A program made the translations under genes and the position numbers. 64,000 bases of DNA from positions 109,988,001 through 110,052,000 of the forward strand of contig OX597818.1 in NCBI GenBank assembly GCA_951406725.2. The letters are read 5' to 3'. Source of the DNA: Octopus vulgaris (lineage: Eukaryota). Shown here in pieces: positions 41,110-54,607 of the stretch; within the stretch, counting starts at the first letter, position 1; every line of letters begins with the position of its first letter. The notes beneath the pieces are model-generated. The model saw only the letters and a list, made by a program, of their open reading frames with translations, was not told where the DNA came from and ran no database searches.

Positions 41110-41154
<45 letters not shown>

Positions 41155-41375
41155 CCATAGATTATAAAGTTAATGAAAGAAAATGGAGAAGAAAAAATAT
41201 AATAGATGCTTGGTTCATTTTATTTGTATCACAATGGAAGAGTAACGCAAAGTAAAAGACATACCTATAAGAATAAGTAGAATAGGAATTACATCCTCAA
41301 AGTGTACACATACATACATACATACATACATACATACATACATACATACATCATATATATATATATACATATATA

Positions 41376-41427
<52 letters not shown>

Positions 41428-41428
<1 letters not shown>

Positions 41429-41815
41429 GGAGTGGCTGTGTGGTAAGTAGCTTGCTTACCAACCACATGGTTCCGGGTTCAGTCCCACTGCGTGGCACCT
41501 TGGGCGATTGTCTTCTGCTATAGCCTCAGGCAAACCAAAGCCTTGTGAGTGGATTTGGTAGACGGAAACTGAAAAGAAGCCCGTCGTATATATGTATATA
41601 TGCGTGTGTGTGTTTGTGTGTCTGTATTTGTCCCCCTAGCATTGCTTGACAACCGATGGTGGTGTGTTTACGTCCCCGTCACTTAGCGATTCGGCAAAAG
41701 AGACCAATAGAATAAGTACTGGGCTTACAAAGAATACGTTCCGGGGTCGATTTGCTCGACTAAAAGGCGGTGCTCCAGCATGGCCACAGTCAAAATGACT
41801 GAAACAAGTAAAAGA
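41428..41815 (+). mobile_element. SINE family A, full length
   Basis: tRNA-like head, central TA/TG tract, tail ...ggcggtgctccagcatggccacagtc...actgaaacaagtaaaaga. Confidence 0.92.
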
Positions 41816-41830
41816 GAGAGAGAAAAGAGA

Positions 41831-41892
<62 letters not shown>

Positions 41893-41904
41893 GTATATAT
41901 ACTT

Positions 41905-42380
41905 GCATATGAAGATGGGACTGATATAAACAACTCTTAGGAAGTCCTCGGGAATCGATACCGTCATTATCACACAGGCTTTGGAGTGATTTGTGACCCT
42001 AAGAACGGAGCCAATGTGATCTGTGCCATAATAAGCCGTATGAGGTTCACCTCCTTCGATATATCATGGCCGCCTTAGAATTACCAGGAATCGCACAAAT
42101 ACGTGCGTCTTCGGCTAAACCTGCAACAATAAACGCTGGCATTTTCACAAACTCCTTAGACAAAATCATGCTCAAAGTAAACCCGTTGAGACGGACCATC
42201 TTCGCCACATTCACCCACCGTTTAAGAAAATTGCTGGAAGTTAGCACTTCTCTCTCAACCGTTACTTTCCTTTTCAAATGGTAACTGAAAAAGTTGATGA
42301 GGGGAAGGTCAAAGAGAAAAGTATTTGTCTTCAACCTTTTCAGTCTAGATCACCACACGACTTCTTGGGCTAGGAAAGGA
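41905..42380 (-). mobile_element. L1/Tx1-like LINE ORF2 end plus 3' UTR
   Basis: QEVVW*SRLKRLKT...INFFSYHLKRKVTVEREVLTSSNFLKRWVNVA resembles Tx1-type C-termini. Confidence 0.55.
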
Positions 42381-42390
42381 GTTTGCAATA

Positions 42391-42802
42391 TGAAGAAGAA
42401 GAAGAAGAAGACGAAGAAGAAGAAGAAAAAGAAGAAGAAAAAGAAGACGAAGAAGAAGAAAAAGAAGACGAAGAGGAAGAAAAAGAAGAAGAAGAAGAAA
42501 AAGAAGACGAAGAAGTAGAAGAAGAAGAAGAAGAAGAAGAAGAAGAAGACGAAGAAGAAGAAGAAGAAGACGAAGAAGAAGAAGACGAAGAAGAAGAAGA
42601 CGAAGAAGAAAAAGAAGACGAAGAAGTAGAAGACGGAGAAGAAGAAGAAGAAGAAGAAGAAGAAGAAGACGAAGAAGAAGAAGACGAAGAAGAAGAAGAC
42701 GAAGAAGTAGAAGAAGAAGAAGAAGAAGAAGAAGAAGAAGAAGAAGAAGAAGAAGAAGAAGAAGAAGAAGAAGAAGAAGAAGAAGAAGAAGAAGAAGAAG
42801 AC
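42391..42802. repeat. (GAA)n tract with GAC/GTA/AAA interruptions
   Basis: Direct reading. Confidence 0.97.
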
Positions 42803-43205
42803 AGTGGCACACCTTGTTTCAGGATGTCCCAAGTTGGGAGAATATAAGAAATGAAGGCATGCCCTAAATTGCGAAAGTTTTACACTGGAAGCTTTGTGAG
42901 AAATGGGGATTCGAAGCTGGAGGTGCGTAGTATGGTCAACAGGTTGAGAGAGAGTCGGAGTCGGAGAAATGCAAGATTTTATGGGGTTTTCCTATTCAAA
43001 TGAATAAGAAACTAGAAATTAATGGACCGGACATAACAATGATAGAGAATGAAAAGCGAGGCTGGTTGCTAACTGATTCAGCATGTCCGTTTGACTTCAG
43101 AATCGCAAAGAAAGAGGACGAAAGAAAAAAATCAATCCCTTACAGTTTGAAATTGCAAGTATTTGGAATACGAAAAGTGTAAAGGTTGTGCCTCTAATAA
43201 TTAGA
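42803..43205 (+). mobile_element. Decayed R4/Dong-type RLE fragment
   Basis: HLVSGCPKL...LHWKLCEKWGF...ILWGFPIQMNKKLEINGPDITMIE...DSACPFD. Confidence 0.82.
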
Positions 43206-43206
43206 T

Positions 43207-43541
43207 ATGACCCCCTTCGGTCAGACTCTGACCATGGGTTTGCACCTAGAGAGTTACCCTCTGAGGCACAAGTCTGGGCAAGGTTGTTTTATGGAAGACC
43301 AGCAGTCGCCCATGCATACCGGCCTCCCTCTCCACGTCACCGATGTTGTCCAAGGGAAAGGCAAGGGCCGATACAGCTTGGCACCTGTGACGTCGCAACT
43401 CATTTCTACAGCTGAGTGAACTAGAGCAACGTGAAATAAAGTGTCTTGCTCAATAACACAACACGCAGCCCGGTCCGGGATTCGAGCTCACAACCTCCTG
43501 ATCGTAAGCTCGACGCTCTAACCACTGAGCCACGCGCCTTC
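43207..43541 (-). mobile_element. tRNA-derived SINE family D
   Basis: Minus-strand head gaaggcgcgtggctcagtggttagagcg...gagctcgaatccc; central segment shared with family C (gagcaagacactttatttcac). Confidence 0.85.
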
Positions 43542-43707
43542 GCATTCGTAACTGTGAGCAAAGATATAGAGAAATGGTTGAATAAAATCAGGAGGGTCTC
43601 AAGCACTTGAAAAACTACTGAAAGCTAGTGGATACTTAAGGTTACAGGTAGTAACCCGCTACCAACCACGAATAAGAAGGAATCTGAGACAAATCAATAA
43701 TAATAAT

Positions 43708-43893
43708 CCTTTCCGCTATAGGCGCAAGGGGCGGTGGTTAGTCGACTAGATCAGTGTTCAACTAGTTTTTATTTCATCAACCCTGAAAGGATAACAGGAC
43801 AAGTCAACTTCGGCAGAATTTGAACTCAGAACGTAAAGACGGACGGAATTCTAATAAGCATATATCCGGCGTGCTAACGATTTTACCAGCTCA
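43708..43893 (-). mobile_element. SINE family B (diverged)
   Basis: Homology to 45806-46020. Confidence 0.75.
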
Positions 43894-45246
43894 AAAACAA
43901 CAATGACAATAACATTAGCATGAGGTCAGCCAATTTCGGTCATTTGAACCAATCCCAGCATTCACAGATGCTCTGTTTCTTCTCTCTGCCTTCTCTACTA
44001 CAAACGCCATCTTCTTTTACTCTGAACCTAGACAACTTCATTAACCATTAACCTTTCACGAGTTACATCAATTTTCGCCCCAACCCTTCGTCACCTCCCA
44101 GATCATACGCTAAACTCTGCGCAGAATCTCACTAGAACTACAAACCTCCTGAAATGTTACTAGTTCAAGTTTTCTTTTTCCTTTTTTGTTGACTTCTGGA
44201 TATTGGTTAACCTACAGAAATTGAGATTGGACATCAATCAGCCTCGTTAATCACATTAGTCTAATAAGACCTACAAAGGTCATGAGTACCGACTGCTCCG
44301 GCTTCTTTGATTTCCGTCATGAAAAAGAAACATCGACTTCGATGGGAATTCAGCTCTGAATATTAATGAAGTGAAGTAAATATTTCAAGGCTGTCTTCTG
44401 TCTGCACCAAATAAAGCAGAAGTTGAAGAAAAAATAAATCAAAAACAAAAACAAACAAAACAAGACAAGAAAACTATGGACTGCATGAAATAATGAAAAT
44501 GGAAGCGAAAGAGCGAATGTAAATAATAAAAAGAGAGACAAAATAGAAAAAATGCAAATAAAATAAAAGGAAAAGTATTAACTAAGAGTTTAAAAGAGAA
44601 TATGGCAGACTTGAAATAAGAAAATAAGAGACGGAAAAAAAAACAAACAGAAATTGAGATGTAAAAAGATGTAAGAGTGGAAGAAAGGAATAAAGAAAAG
44701 ATAGAAATAAATCTTAATAATAAATTGTTTATGCAACAAGTTGTAAGAAAGCTCCTGGGAGAGCGCTGAAAAAGATTTGTAGAAATGTAATTAGAAACAG
44801 GCGATCGCTGTGAACATTGACAAAGATGTCGGCGAGTCGCAGCTGGTCGAATGGTTTAGCTGCTCACAACGAAAGCGTCCGTTGCTCTAATCTCATTGTT
44901 GGCACGTTCTGGTTTTTATAGCTTAATTCTCAAATAGCCATCGATCTTGTCGATGAAAAGCATAATTAATGCCTTGGAGCATTAAACAACTGAAGTAGAA
45001 TCAAATATGCATCGAAAGAAAAATATTAACTAATGACTAATATTATATTTGTACTTTTCTGTCTGCAGTCGCAGACGTTCATTTTGTTTCATTTAGTCGT
45101 CTGCGGCCATGATGTGGGCCTTCGGCTTCAGGGTTTAGCTAATGATATCAACCTAAATATTTGTTTTACTCTAATAAATATTCCATCGATAAATATTTAA
45201 CGAAATGTTAAATTTCGGAACATAACGAGAGATGAATATATACAAT

Positions 45247-45395
45247 GGATTTGCGTTAAGAAACTTGCTTCTCAACCACATGGTTCCGGGTTCGGTCCTT
45301 CTGCGTGATGCCTTGGGCAAGTGTCTCTTACTATAGCCTCGGATCGATCAAAGCCTTGTGAATGGATTTGATAGAGGAAAACTGAAAGAAGTTTG
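45247..45395 (+). mobile_element. SINE family A, 5' half
   Basis: aaccacatggttccgggttcggtcc...ccttgggcaagtg. Confidence 0.8.
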
Positions 45396-45423
45396 TATAT
45401 AGATGTACAAGTGTGCGTATGTT

Positions 45424-45462
<39 letters not shown>

Positions 45463-45805
45463 TTAATGATTGGATAGGCAGGACGTTAGTTAATTGTAGG
45501 ATGTGGCTGCTAAATAACTGATCAGTAAGCTTGGTTGGCTAGTTGGTTGGCCTTATGTAGAGGGCATCGTGTCATGTTCTTTGAAGTGGGTCAGTTACGA
45601 GGAGAAGTAAAAAGGCGGGAGAGAGGTGGGAGGAGAGATAGAGAGAGAGAGAGAGAGAGAGAAACAAAGAAGCTCTGTTTCGTCGCCTTCTCATTCCTTC
45701 TTATCTGTAAATAAATCAAATAAATATCGTAAATAAGTAGCAGTAAATAAACGAATGAGTAGAACATTTCCAGTGTTGGCGGCTGTCAATATCTTTATCA
45801 ACATC

Positions 45806-46020
45806 AAGGTGGCGAGCTGGCAGAAACGATAGCACACCGGGCGAAATGCTTACCGGTATTTCGTCTGCCGCTACGTTCTGAGTTCAAATTCCGCCGAGGT
45901 AGACTTTGTCTTTTTATCCTTTCGGAGTCGATGAATTAAGTACCAGTTGTGTACTGGGGTCGATCTAATCGACTGGCCCCCTCACCCAAAATTTCGGGTC
46001 TTGTGCCTAGAGTAGAAAAG
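45806..46020 (+). mobile_element. SINE family B, full length
   Basis: Near-identical to 9118-9330. Confidence 0.9.
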
Positions 46021-46603
46021 AATATCATTATCAGCATCATCTAATAAGGAATGTTGAACCATTAGATTGAAGATAGCTATAAATAAATGGCTAGAAGATT
46101 GAGTAAGTATGAGCGGGTCTTAAGTTTGTGGTTTCCAACATCGTCGTTATAATTAAATGGGGGAGATTAAAATATTAGAATGACGATAGTTATAAAATTG
46201 AAATTTGGTAAAATTTCAGATTATGAAAAAACGGGTTAAATTACAAAAATTATAATTCAGGAAAAAATTTGAATATTATTAAAATTAAAGAAAAGATAGT
46301 TTTTGCATATTATTTTTAGAATTAAGGGATTAAAATTGAATAATAAATTTAGCCCTAATTTTGAATTTCTAATTATGGTTTGCAATCCATGGTTTATAAA
46401 AGGCGTACTGCAAAGAGTTAAACGAAGGAAAACATTGTAATACGATTAAATTTTAACTCAAGTTTAAATTTATGGGTTAAACCTTTAAACCGCTAGGTAG
46501 CAGCACGTGTTACTATTACGATAATAGAATTGCTTTGTTTTGCTCGCTCGTAATGTTGTACAAACAGCGGAAACAATGAGCAACAACAACAACAACAACA
46601 ACA

Positions 46604-46668
<65 letters not shown>

Positions 46669-47364
46669 AACCACAGTAACTATTCTTACTATTACTACTA
46701 CTGTCTTTTTCTTGAATAAGCTAAGAAAGAAAAACAGCCACATTATGTAACTCAATATACTGATAATGTTGCGGCCGCTGGTCGTTTCAACTTCTCCGCC
46801 ATCTTACAATTAAGCTGAGAACTCGTACGAAGATCTACGTTCTCTGATCTTCTCTGAAAATGCGTTTCCAACAAAATAAATTAGAATCATATGAACGTAA
46901 ATCATACTATACGTGCTTCATTTAATTATTTTCATTCAATTTTCTTACCTGTCAAATCTTGGATAATGCCTTCAAGCCATGCACCCCGCTGCTTGTTTTC
47001 ACGAGAAAAATTCAATGAAAATCTCGTTCTGATTAAATCTTAGTTATGCATTATTTTCGTACTCCAGAGGGAGTAATTAAAATTTCCTTAATATAAAAGT
47101 ATCTGGGAATTAAATTTCCAGCAACTCAATACGTATTGGTGACAAGCTGAATATTTAATAGATTAGCGTGAGAGAATTAAACAAAATAGGATTCTTAGAA
47201 ATTTACCATTCAATTATTTACGGCTTGGGTCCCTTCAATTTGGAACTCCATAGTCCGGCGCTTCCATAATCTAACAGGATTTGAATCTGTTGCTATCGGT
47301 TTATTGATCAGACACTGAAGCAGATTTAGTTTTAGGCATTATACAAAGTGCTCATAATTTTTTT

Positions 47365-47596
47365 TCTACTGTAGGCACAAGGCCCGAAATATTTTTGGGG
47401 ACGGGGCCAGTTGATTAGATCGACTCTAGTACACAACTGGTACTTATTTTATCGACCACCCCGAAAGGATGAAAGGCAAAGTCGACCTCGGCGGAATTTG
47501 AACTCAGAACGTAGCGGTAGACGAAATACCTATTTCTTTACTACCCACAAGGGGCTAAACACAGAGGGGACAAACAAGGACAGAGAAACGGATTAA
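47365..47596 (-). mobile_element. SINE family B variant
   Basis: Homology to family B and to 9828-10185. Confidence 0.82.
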
Positions 47597-48085
47597 GAAG
47601 CTGGTCCTCTGTGCATCACATCCCTACTTCTCAACATAGTCACCGTTTCTCTCAAAAGCAATGTTCCACCGTCGAATGAGAGCATGTATCCCTGCCCCGT
47701 AAAATTCTGTTGACTGTTCTTTGAGCCACTTCTTCACTACAGTTTTCACTTCCTCATTACTGGAATAATTTAGCGCCTTCAGATTATCATCTCTTCGGTC
47801 CCATGAAAGAGGTTTTGAGAGACAAACATTATTCCAGTGACGCGGAAATGAAAACTGTAGTGAAGAAGTGGCTCAAAGAAATTTCAACAAAATTTTACTG
47901 GACAGGGATACATGCTCTCATTAGAAGGTGGAACATTGCTAATGAGAGAAACGGTGACTATGTTGAGAAGTAGGGATGTGATGCACAGAGGATCAGCTTC
48001 ATTTTGATGTATGATACATGTTCCTGTGTTGGTAATTATACCTGTCCTAAACAAAATGGCGACATTACTTTTTGACTCACCCTCG
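47597..48085 (+). mobile_element. Mariner-derived fold-back element
   Basis: LAPSDYHLFGPMKE...W..A.ERNGDYVEK* plus a TIR ending cctcg-TA; 47597-47769 is an inverted copy of 47828-48000. Confidence 0.88.
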
Positions 48086-48262
48086 TATAAAACTGTATTA
48101 AACGTCAAAATTGTGATGAACTTTCGTCGATAACTGATGAGGGGAGAGGGTATGTCCACGTCCTTTGTCTGCTTTTTTTCTGTTTTCCATGTTCTTCCGT
48201 TGTCTTTCTGTGCACCATTTCACTATGCATACACGCACACGCACAGATGCACACACACGCAC

Positions 48263-48330
<68 letters not shown>

Positions 48331-49546
48331 GCGTAAATATGTATGCCAAAATACACATGTATGCATGCAATGCGAGTGCCTGTGTTTTTCAGACTTATTG
48401 ATATGTATGTGATCATGCACGCACATAAACAAACGCACAAACACACACACACAAGCACACACACATACCGAGAGAGGGAGGAGGCGATAGAAAGAAAGAG
48501 AGAGAGAGAAGACAAGAGCATTTTGTGAAAGAATTCTAAACACGTCACTTTCTCTCTCTCTCTCTCTTCTCTTTTTACTCTCTCTATATTTCCTCTTTGG
48601 TCTGTTTCCTCTCACCGTTATATTTGTATCACTCCTTGAAAGTCATTTAACGTAAAAACCTATGATAAAATGGCACATTTTGTGAAAAGTAGCAGTTTAC
48701 AAGAATCTCATTATTTCACAAATTAACCTATGAGCTCTTACAGCTCTCATCTTGTTACAGTTATTTTTATTACAGGTTTGGCCGTTCGCCTACAATCAAG
48801 AGGGAATATGGATTATTTTAGTGACGAAATCTCCAAAAACTAATTACCAAACGCCGCTGACACTTTGGAAATATTTCTTTCCTTTTGCGACTACACGCAC
48901 ACACAAGCACACACACACACACACACACACACACATGCACACACACACACACACACATACACACACACACACGCGCGCACATTACGCACGCGTACGCACA
49001 CAATTGGCTCAGATACACCTGTATTGTTAAACGTCCATTTTTCCCTGAAGTATGTGTGTGGGTAACGAAGGCTTGACAATAATATTCGTGTAAAAGAGAT
49101 GGACAGTATTTCTGCTTCACATAAAATTTCGTAATCGCTTTCCTGGCTCCCATAAATTCCATGTTCTTTTCTTGTAACTTAGTGTCGACTTATCTATAGG
49201 ATATAAACTCAATTTCAGTTTCACATTGAATTCTAATATCAAGGTGTACTAACTGTTCTAAAACCGTAGCTATAACCATTAGCAAAAATATTTGTTACTG
49301 GAAACGTGCTTGATGTTTCGTTTAATGTTACGAAATATCGACTTGCTAAAAGATGCAGTACATTTAAATGGAATAAATTTCGAACCACGAGTTCTTGTCC
49401 AGTATTTTAATATACGTTGCAAGTTATATAAACACTGCTATATAAATATTATACCTGTATTATGTTTGCGCAGTGGCATTGCTGATCCTCCGCGTGTCGT
49501 TCTAATTTTAGAATATATGTAACCGAGCTAAGGAAGACAGAGTCAC

Positions 49547-49605
49547 TACCACCACCACCACCACCACCACCACCGCCGCCACCACCACCACCACCACCAC
49601 CATCG

Positions 49606-49655
<50 letters not shown>

Positions 49656-49762
49656 ACCACCACCACCGCCGCCGCCGCCGCCGCCGCCACCACCACCACC
49701 ACCACCACCACCACCACCACCGCCGCCACCACCACCACCACCACCACCACCACCGCCGCCGC
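49547..49762. repeat. (CCA)n/(CCG)n GC-rich trinucleotide tract
   Basis: Direct reading. Confidence 0.95.
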
Positions 49763-51069
49763 TCTCGCTGCTCCCGCCAAAAGAACCAGAGCTGAATAGG
49801 CAATAAACTCTTTTGACAGCATGGTCAGCTTTGTGGAGCAAAGTAACGGCCTGCATGTTATGAATATTATCTGCACCTTCACTCTCCACCACGTTTTGAG
49901 TCGGTTGCAATTAATTTGTGGTTCTGGCACCGAGGTATTTATGATTTGAGACGGCATATTACGCGAATCAATAACAGAAAGTTTGGAAGCATTGATTTCT
50001 GTATTCTATATTGTTTTTAAGTAACATATATGTGCAAAGAGCCTTCAGGATAATGTTTAGCCTTCAGGGGCTACATTTAGCCCTTCTGTTTTCCGACATT
50101 TTTCCGTGCCCGGTAACGGCTAAGTCCCAAATGTTGGTGTGTTTAACAAATCCAACGTTTATTTAAGTTTCTCATCTATCAATGGACAATAAATCAACTC
50201 CTATCGCAAGCTGACACCTTAATTCGCCAAAGCTAATCAAGAAAGTACATAAAACATATTTATAATTCATACCTTATGTCTGTGCTAATAGAACACCTGT
50301 GTAGCTGTTATGTTGTTGTTGCTGTTGTTGTTGTTGTTGTTGCTATGTATGTTTCTTTATTAGCTCTATGACAGAACACAGAGGGGGCGAAATACAAAAT
50401 AGAGCTTTTCTTTTTGGGAAAGAAAAAATGTTTTCTATATTCCATTATTGTTTTTATCTTTATTCTATTATCATCATGTTTACATATTTATATATCTATA
50501 TGTCCATGTATATTTTTAGTACATCAATATATATTTCAGATTAGACACTTCTTATTTTATCCTAATTAAACCCTTACATGTACGTATCAATCGCAGTCTG
50601 CATGGTTTGAACTTCTTCTATTGTATCTGTTATACTTGTCTAGCGCCTCGGGTTCGACTTGAGCACTTCTATGTTCTATGTTAAACGATACGAAAGCTTC
50701 TTATTACACAGCAACTGTATACACACACACATACAAAGGCACACACACACATAGGCATACACACAAACATACAGACACACGCATACATATATATAAATGT
50801 ATGTATTTATGTATGTACGCATGAATCCACACTTAAGCATTGCAGTTCTCAAAGACGAAGTAAACTCACTTTTATGTTGATATTTCAAACGTTCTAATCC
50901 ATTCTTGCAGATAGCAGCAGCGTTCCAGTGTACTGGAAGAATTATCTTCCCTTTGCTGTTGCTGTCGAAGCCATAATCTAAACGAATGAACAAATCAACA
51001 ACCATGATACACAGCCTTATTCCAGTTTCTTTATCTATTACATACTGACACTGTTTCTAACACAAATGG

Positions 51070-51566
51070 GGAAGCGCGTGGCTTAATGGTTAGTGTCATT
51101 CAATTCTCAATCATAAGGCCGTGAGTTCGATTCCCTGCGGCGTGTTGTGTCATTGAGCAAGACACTTATTCCACCCAGCTGGCGAATTAATATTTTGTTT
51201 AAGTTCAGGAATATGTTTATCAATAATAAATTTACTAATCCTACCAATATCTGATTTCGATAAGCAAATTAGTGTAACTTGTCGATCAGTATCAAAATTA
51301 GGTTTGTGCTCTTTAAAATTAATTCTAGTGTTGTGGGGTGTAAGGCTGAGTTGCTGTAGTCCACCCGGCTGGCAAAAATGAGTAACACCTGTATTTCAAA
51401 GAGCCAGCCTTGTCACATTCTGTGTCACGGTGAATCTTCCTGAGAACTACATTAAGAGGATGCGTGTCTGTAGAGTGCTCAACCGCTTGCTCGTTAATTT
51501 CACGATCAAGTAGTTCCACTGACCGGTTCAAATGAAACACTCGTCGTCGTAACCGACTGAGTGCCA
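51070..51566 (+). mobile_element. SINE family C, interrupted
   Basis: Head at 51070-51183; body resumes at ~51358. Confidence 0.8.
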
Positions 51567-52373
51567 GATAACCATTTACTACAAATTCAAATAACCATTG
51601 CCTACATAAATGTGTAAGTCCATTCGACGGTGACCCACGTCATAATGTAATTTGCAAAAGAGTTGACAGCTGTGAATGCATCTCTTAAACGATGCGGCTC
51701 AAACTCACACAGCTATCTAAAATCATGTAGGTTTGAAAAACGAAAAGAAGAAGAAAAAAAAAAACTCATCAAAGCCAGATAAAAGTTATTTTACATTTAA
51801 TAATAATTCTGCTTGTCACTGCGTTATTTAGCCCGTTGGTAACGCTTTAAACATGGTTAAAGAAAAAGAGGAAGTGAGAAAAAGAGGGAGAGAGAAGCGT
51901 CCACGATGTTAGGTAGAGGGAATGTAATTATTACACTTTCACGTGATTAGTCGAAAAGAAAAAGAGGAGAAAGAAAAAAAAGAAGATAAGGTGAAGAGTG
52001 AGACAGAAAGAGGAAGAAAAAAAGAGGGAGAGCAATGCATCCATGAGGTGAGGGAGGGGGAATGTAATATTTAGTACGTTGTTAAAAGATATTAGTTGCA
52101 GGTAAAAGAGGAGAGTGAAAAATATAGTGTTAGCAGAGAGGTGAGTTCTGATGGTGAGATTAAATAAAGGCAGCGAGGGGGAGGGATAGATGAGGACGGT
52201 GGTGGTAGTGTTAGTGGTGGTATTGGTGGTGATGGAGGTGGTGGTGTTGGAATCACCAACAAATGGCGCATGCTAAGATGTTACAGCACAAGCCCCCATA
52301 CTACTACTGCTGCTACAGCAACAAAAGCAACAACAACAACAACTACTACTACTACTACTACTGATAATAATAA

Positions 52374-52430
<57 letters not shown>

Positions 52431-52436
52431 TAATAA

Positions 52437-52994
52437 ATACCCTGATGCAGTACCAGACAGTGGCTTTCGTGGCTTCTGATCTTAACTGATTGGAAGTGTT
52501 ATCATGTACATTGTTCTGTCTTGGTATAAAAGATGGGCTACAGCAAATATTCTGCTCAATACCACAGATTTGCTTTGTCAGTTGTTTGACCGTAACCAGT
52601 TGAGCATGTTCCTTAGTGGCTGACGACATGTGCATCTCTGATCACGAGCGGAAGTAGTGGGGGAGCGTAATAGCCATGTGTTGAGAGGAATTCTTTGGGG
52701 TTTGAACAATTCACCTCTGGAAACATAGGTGTTTTGTTCAACATCCTTAAGCAACTCTTATTCAGGGACCTTTCGAGTGGGATGGGTTACTCGACCTGAA
52801 GAAAATTCTGACTGGGCCCCACCTGCAAGGTCATGTACTGTTTATCTTGATATGAGATCATCATGTCGTGCACATATGGTTGTGATGCATGTGCCTGGTG
52901 TACCCTTATCAGTCGGGTAGTCATGATGGGTATACTGGGCTTCGTATATTTGTACCCCAGTGTCACTTTGATGGCATGCACTGCTCTCTCACTC
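52437..52994 (+). mobile_element. ~550-bp non-autonomous element with an (AAT)n tail
   Basis: Homologue of 15570-16092; flanked by (AGT)n/(AAT)n. Confidence 0.85.
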
Positions 52995-53073
<79 letters not shown>

Positions 53074-53548
53074 GCAACAACAACAACAATAACAACAACA
53101 ACAACAACAACAACAACAATAATAATAATAATAATAATAACAACAACAACAACAATGATAATATAGATTATGTTATAAGACAATGAATCTGCATGAAAAA
53201 CAGTTTTGAATTATCTTAATGGCAGCATTAAGTAAATGGGTGAAAAAAGTATTCCTTTCGTGCAGAAATTGGATTTCTCTGATAAGACAACGGAATGATG
53301 CTGTTGTTTACAGCAGTGAATTACCGAACTTGAAAAATCTTGACAAGATCGTATTAAAAATCTCTTTTGGGATCGTGTTTTTAATACCAGAAGTCTCAAT
53401 TAAGTGCTGCTTCTAATCTAGGCATTCATACATGCATCTATGAATACATGCAAGCTTATGGATTGAACTACGTAAAGACATAAACAACTAAATGTGCAAC
53501 TGTGTTTAAACACGTTACGGTTTCAAGTATTCCATATGCGCCAATATG

Positions 53549-53856
<308 letters not shown>

Positions 53857-53866
53857 TATATATATA

Positions 53867-53992
<126 letters not shown>

Positions 53993-54005
53993 ATATATAT
54001 ATATA

Positions 54006-54215
54006 ATGGCCCAGTGGTTAGGGCAGCGGACTTGCGGTCGCAGGATCGCGGTTTCGATTCCCAGACCGGGCGTTGTGTGTGTTTATTGAGCGAAAACACC
54101 TAAAAGCTCCACGAGGCTCCGGCAGGGGATGGTGGTGATCCCTGCTGTACTCTTTCACCACTCTAAAGGCGGTGCTCCAGCATGGCCGCAGTCAAACGAC
54201 TTAAACAAGTACAAA
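54006..54215 (+). mobile_element. Chimeric SINE: family E-like head with a family A tail
   Basis: tggcccagtggttagggcagcggac...cccagaccggg head joined to ctaaaggcggtgctccagcatggccgcagtc. Confidence 0.78.
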
Positions 54216-54295
54216 AAAAAAGTACAAAAAATATAGATATAGATATAGATAAAGATATATATATATATATATATATAGATATAGATATAGATAAA

Positions 54296-54390
<95 letters not shown>

Positions 54391-54402
54391 ATGTATGTAT
54401 AT

Positions 54403-54552
54403 AGTTCAAATTTACAGAAAAAACAAGCCGAAGAAAGATGTATAAACAACAAGCAAGGGTATTAGTTTGACGCTCGGGAAGGTGAGAAAGTCTTTTACGT
54501 TTCAAACCTACACTCTTCAACAGAAAGTGACACGAGGAAATATACAGAGAGA
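54403..54552 (-). mobile_element. Family H2 repeat, hammerhead decayed by G>A transitions (mostly at CpG)
   Basis: gtcttttacgtttcaaacctacactcttcaacagaaag versus gtcttttacgtttcgagcctacgctcttcgacagaaag at 27192. Confidence 0.75.

Positions 54553-54607
<55 letters not shown>

Larger units (their letters stand above)
40143..41118 (+). mobile_element. 5'-truncated Penelope-like element with an inverted pseudo-LTR
   Basis: ~248-bp inverted arms at 40143-40390 and 40871-41118. Internal 40446-40517 encodes SKIERKIREKNFIDKFEPKLNKE*, resembling a PLE GIY-YIG C-terminus. One HHR in each arm; TA-rich flanks. Confidence 0.85.

Noticed and set aside
42383-42847. Poly-Glu/Asp 154-aa ORF
   Set aside because: It is a (GAA)n tract between two LINE fragments, with no splice or coding context.
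49449-49957. Poly-Gly/Ala/Val ORFs suggesting a transcription-factor low-complexity exon
   Set aside because: They are explained by the CCA/CCG tract, and the flanking translation is unrecognisable.
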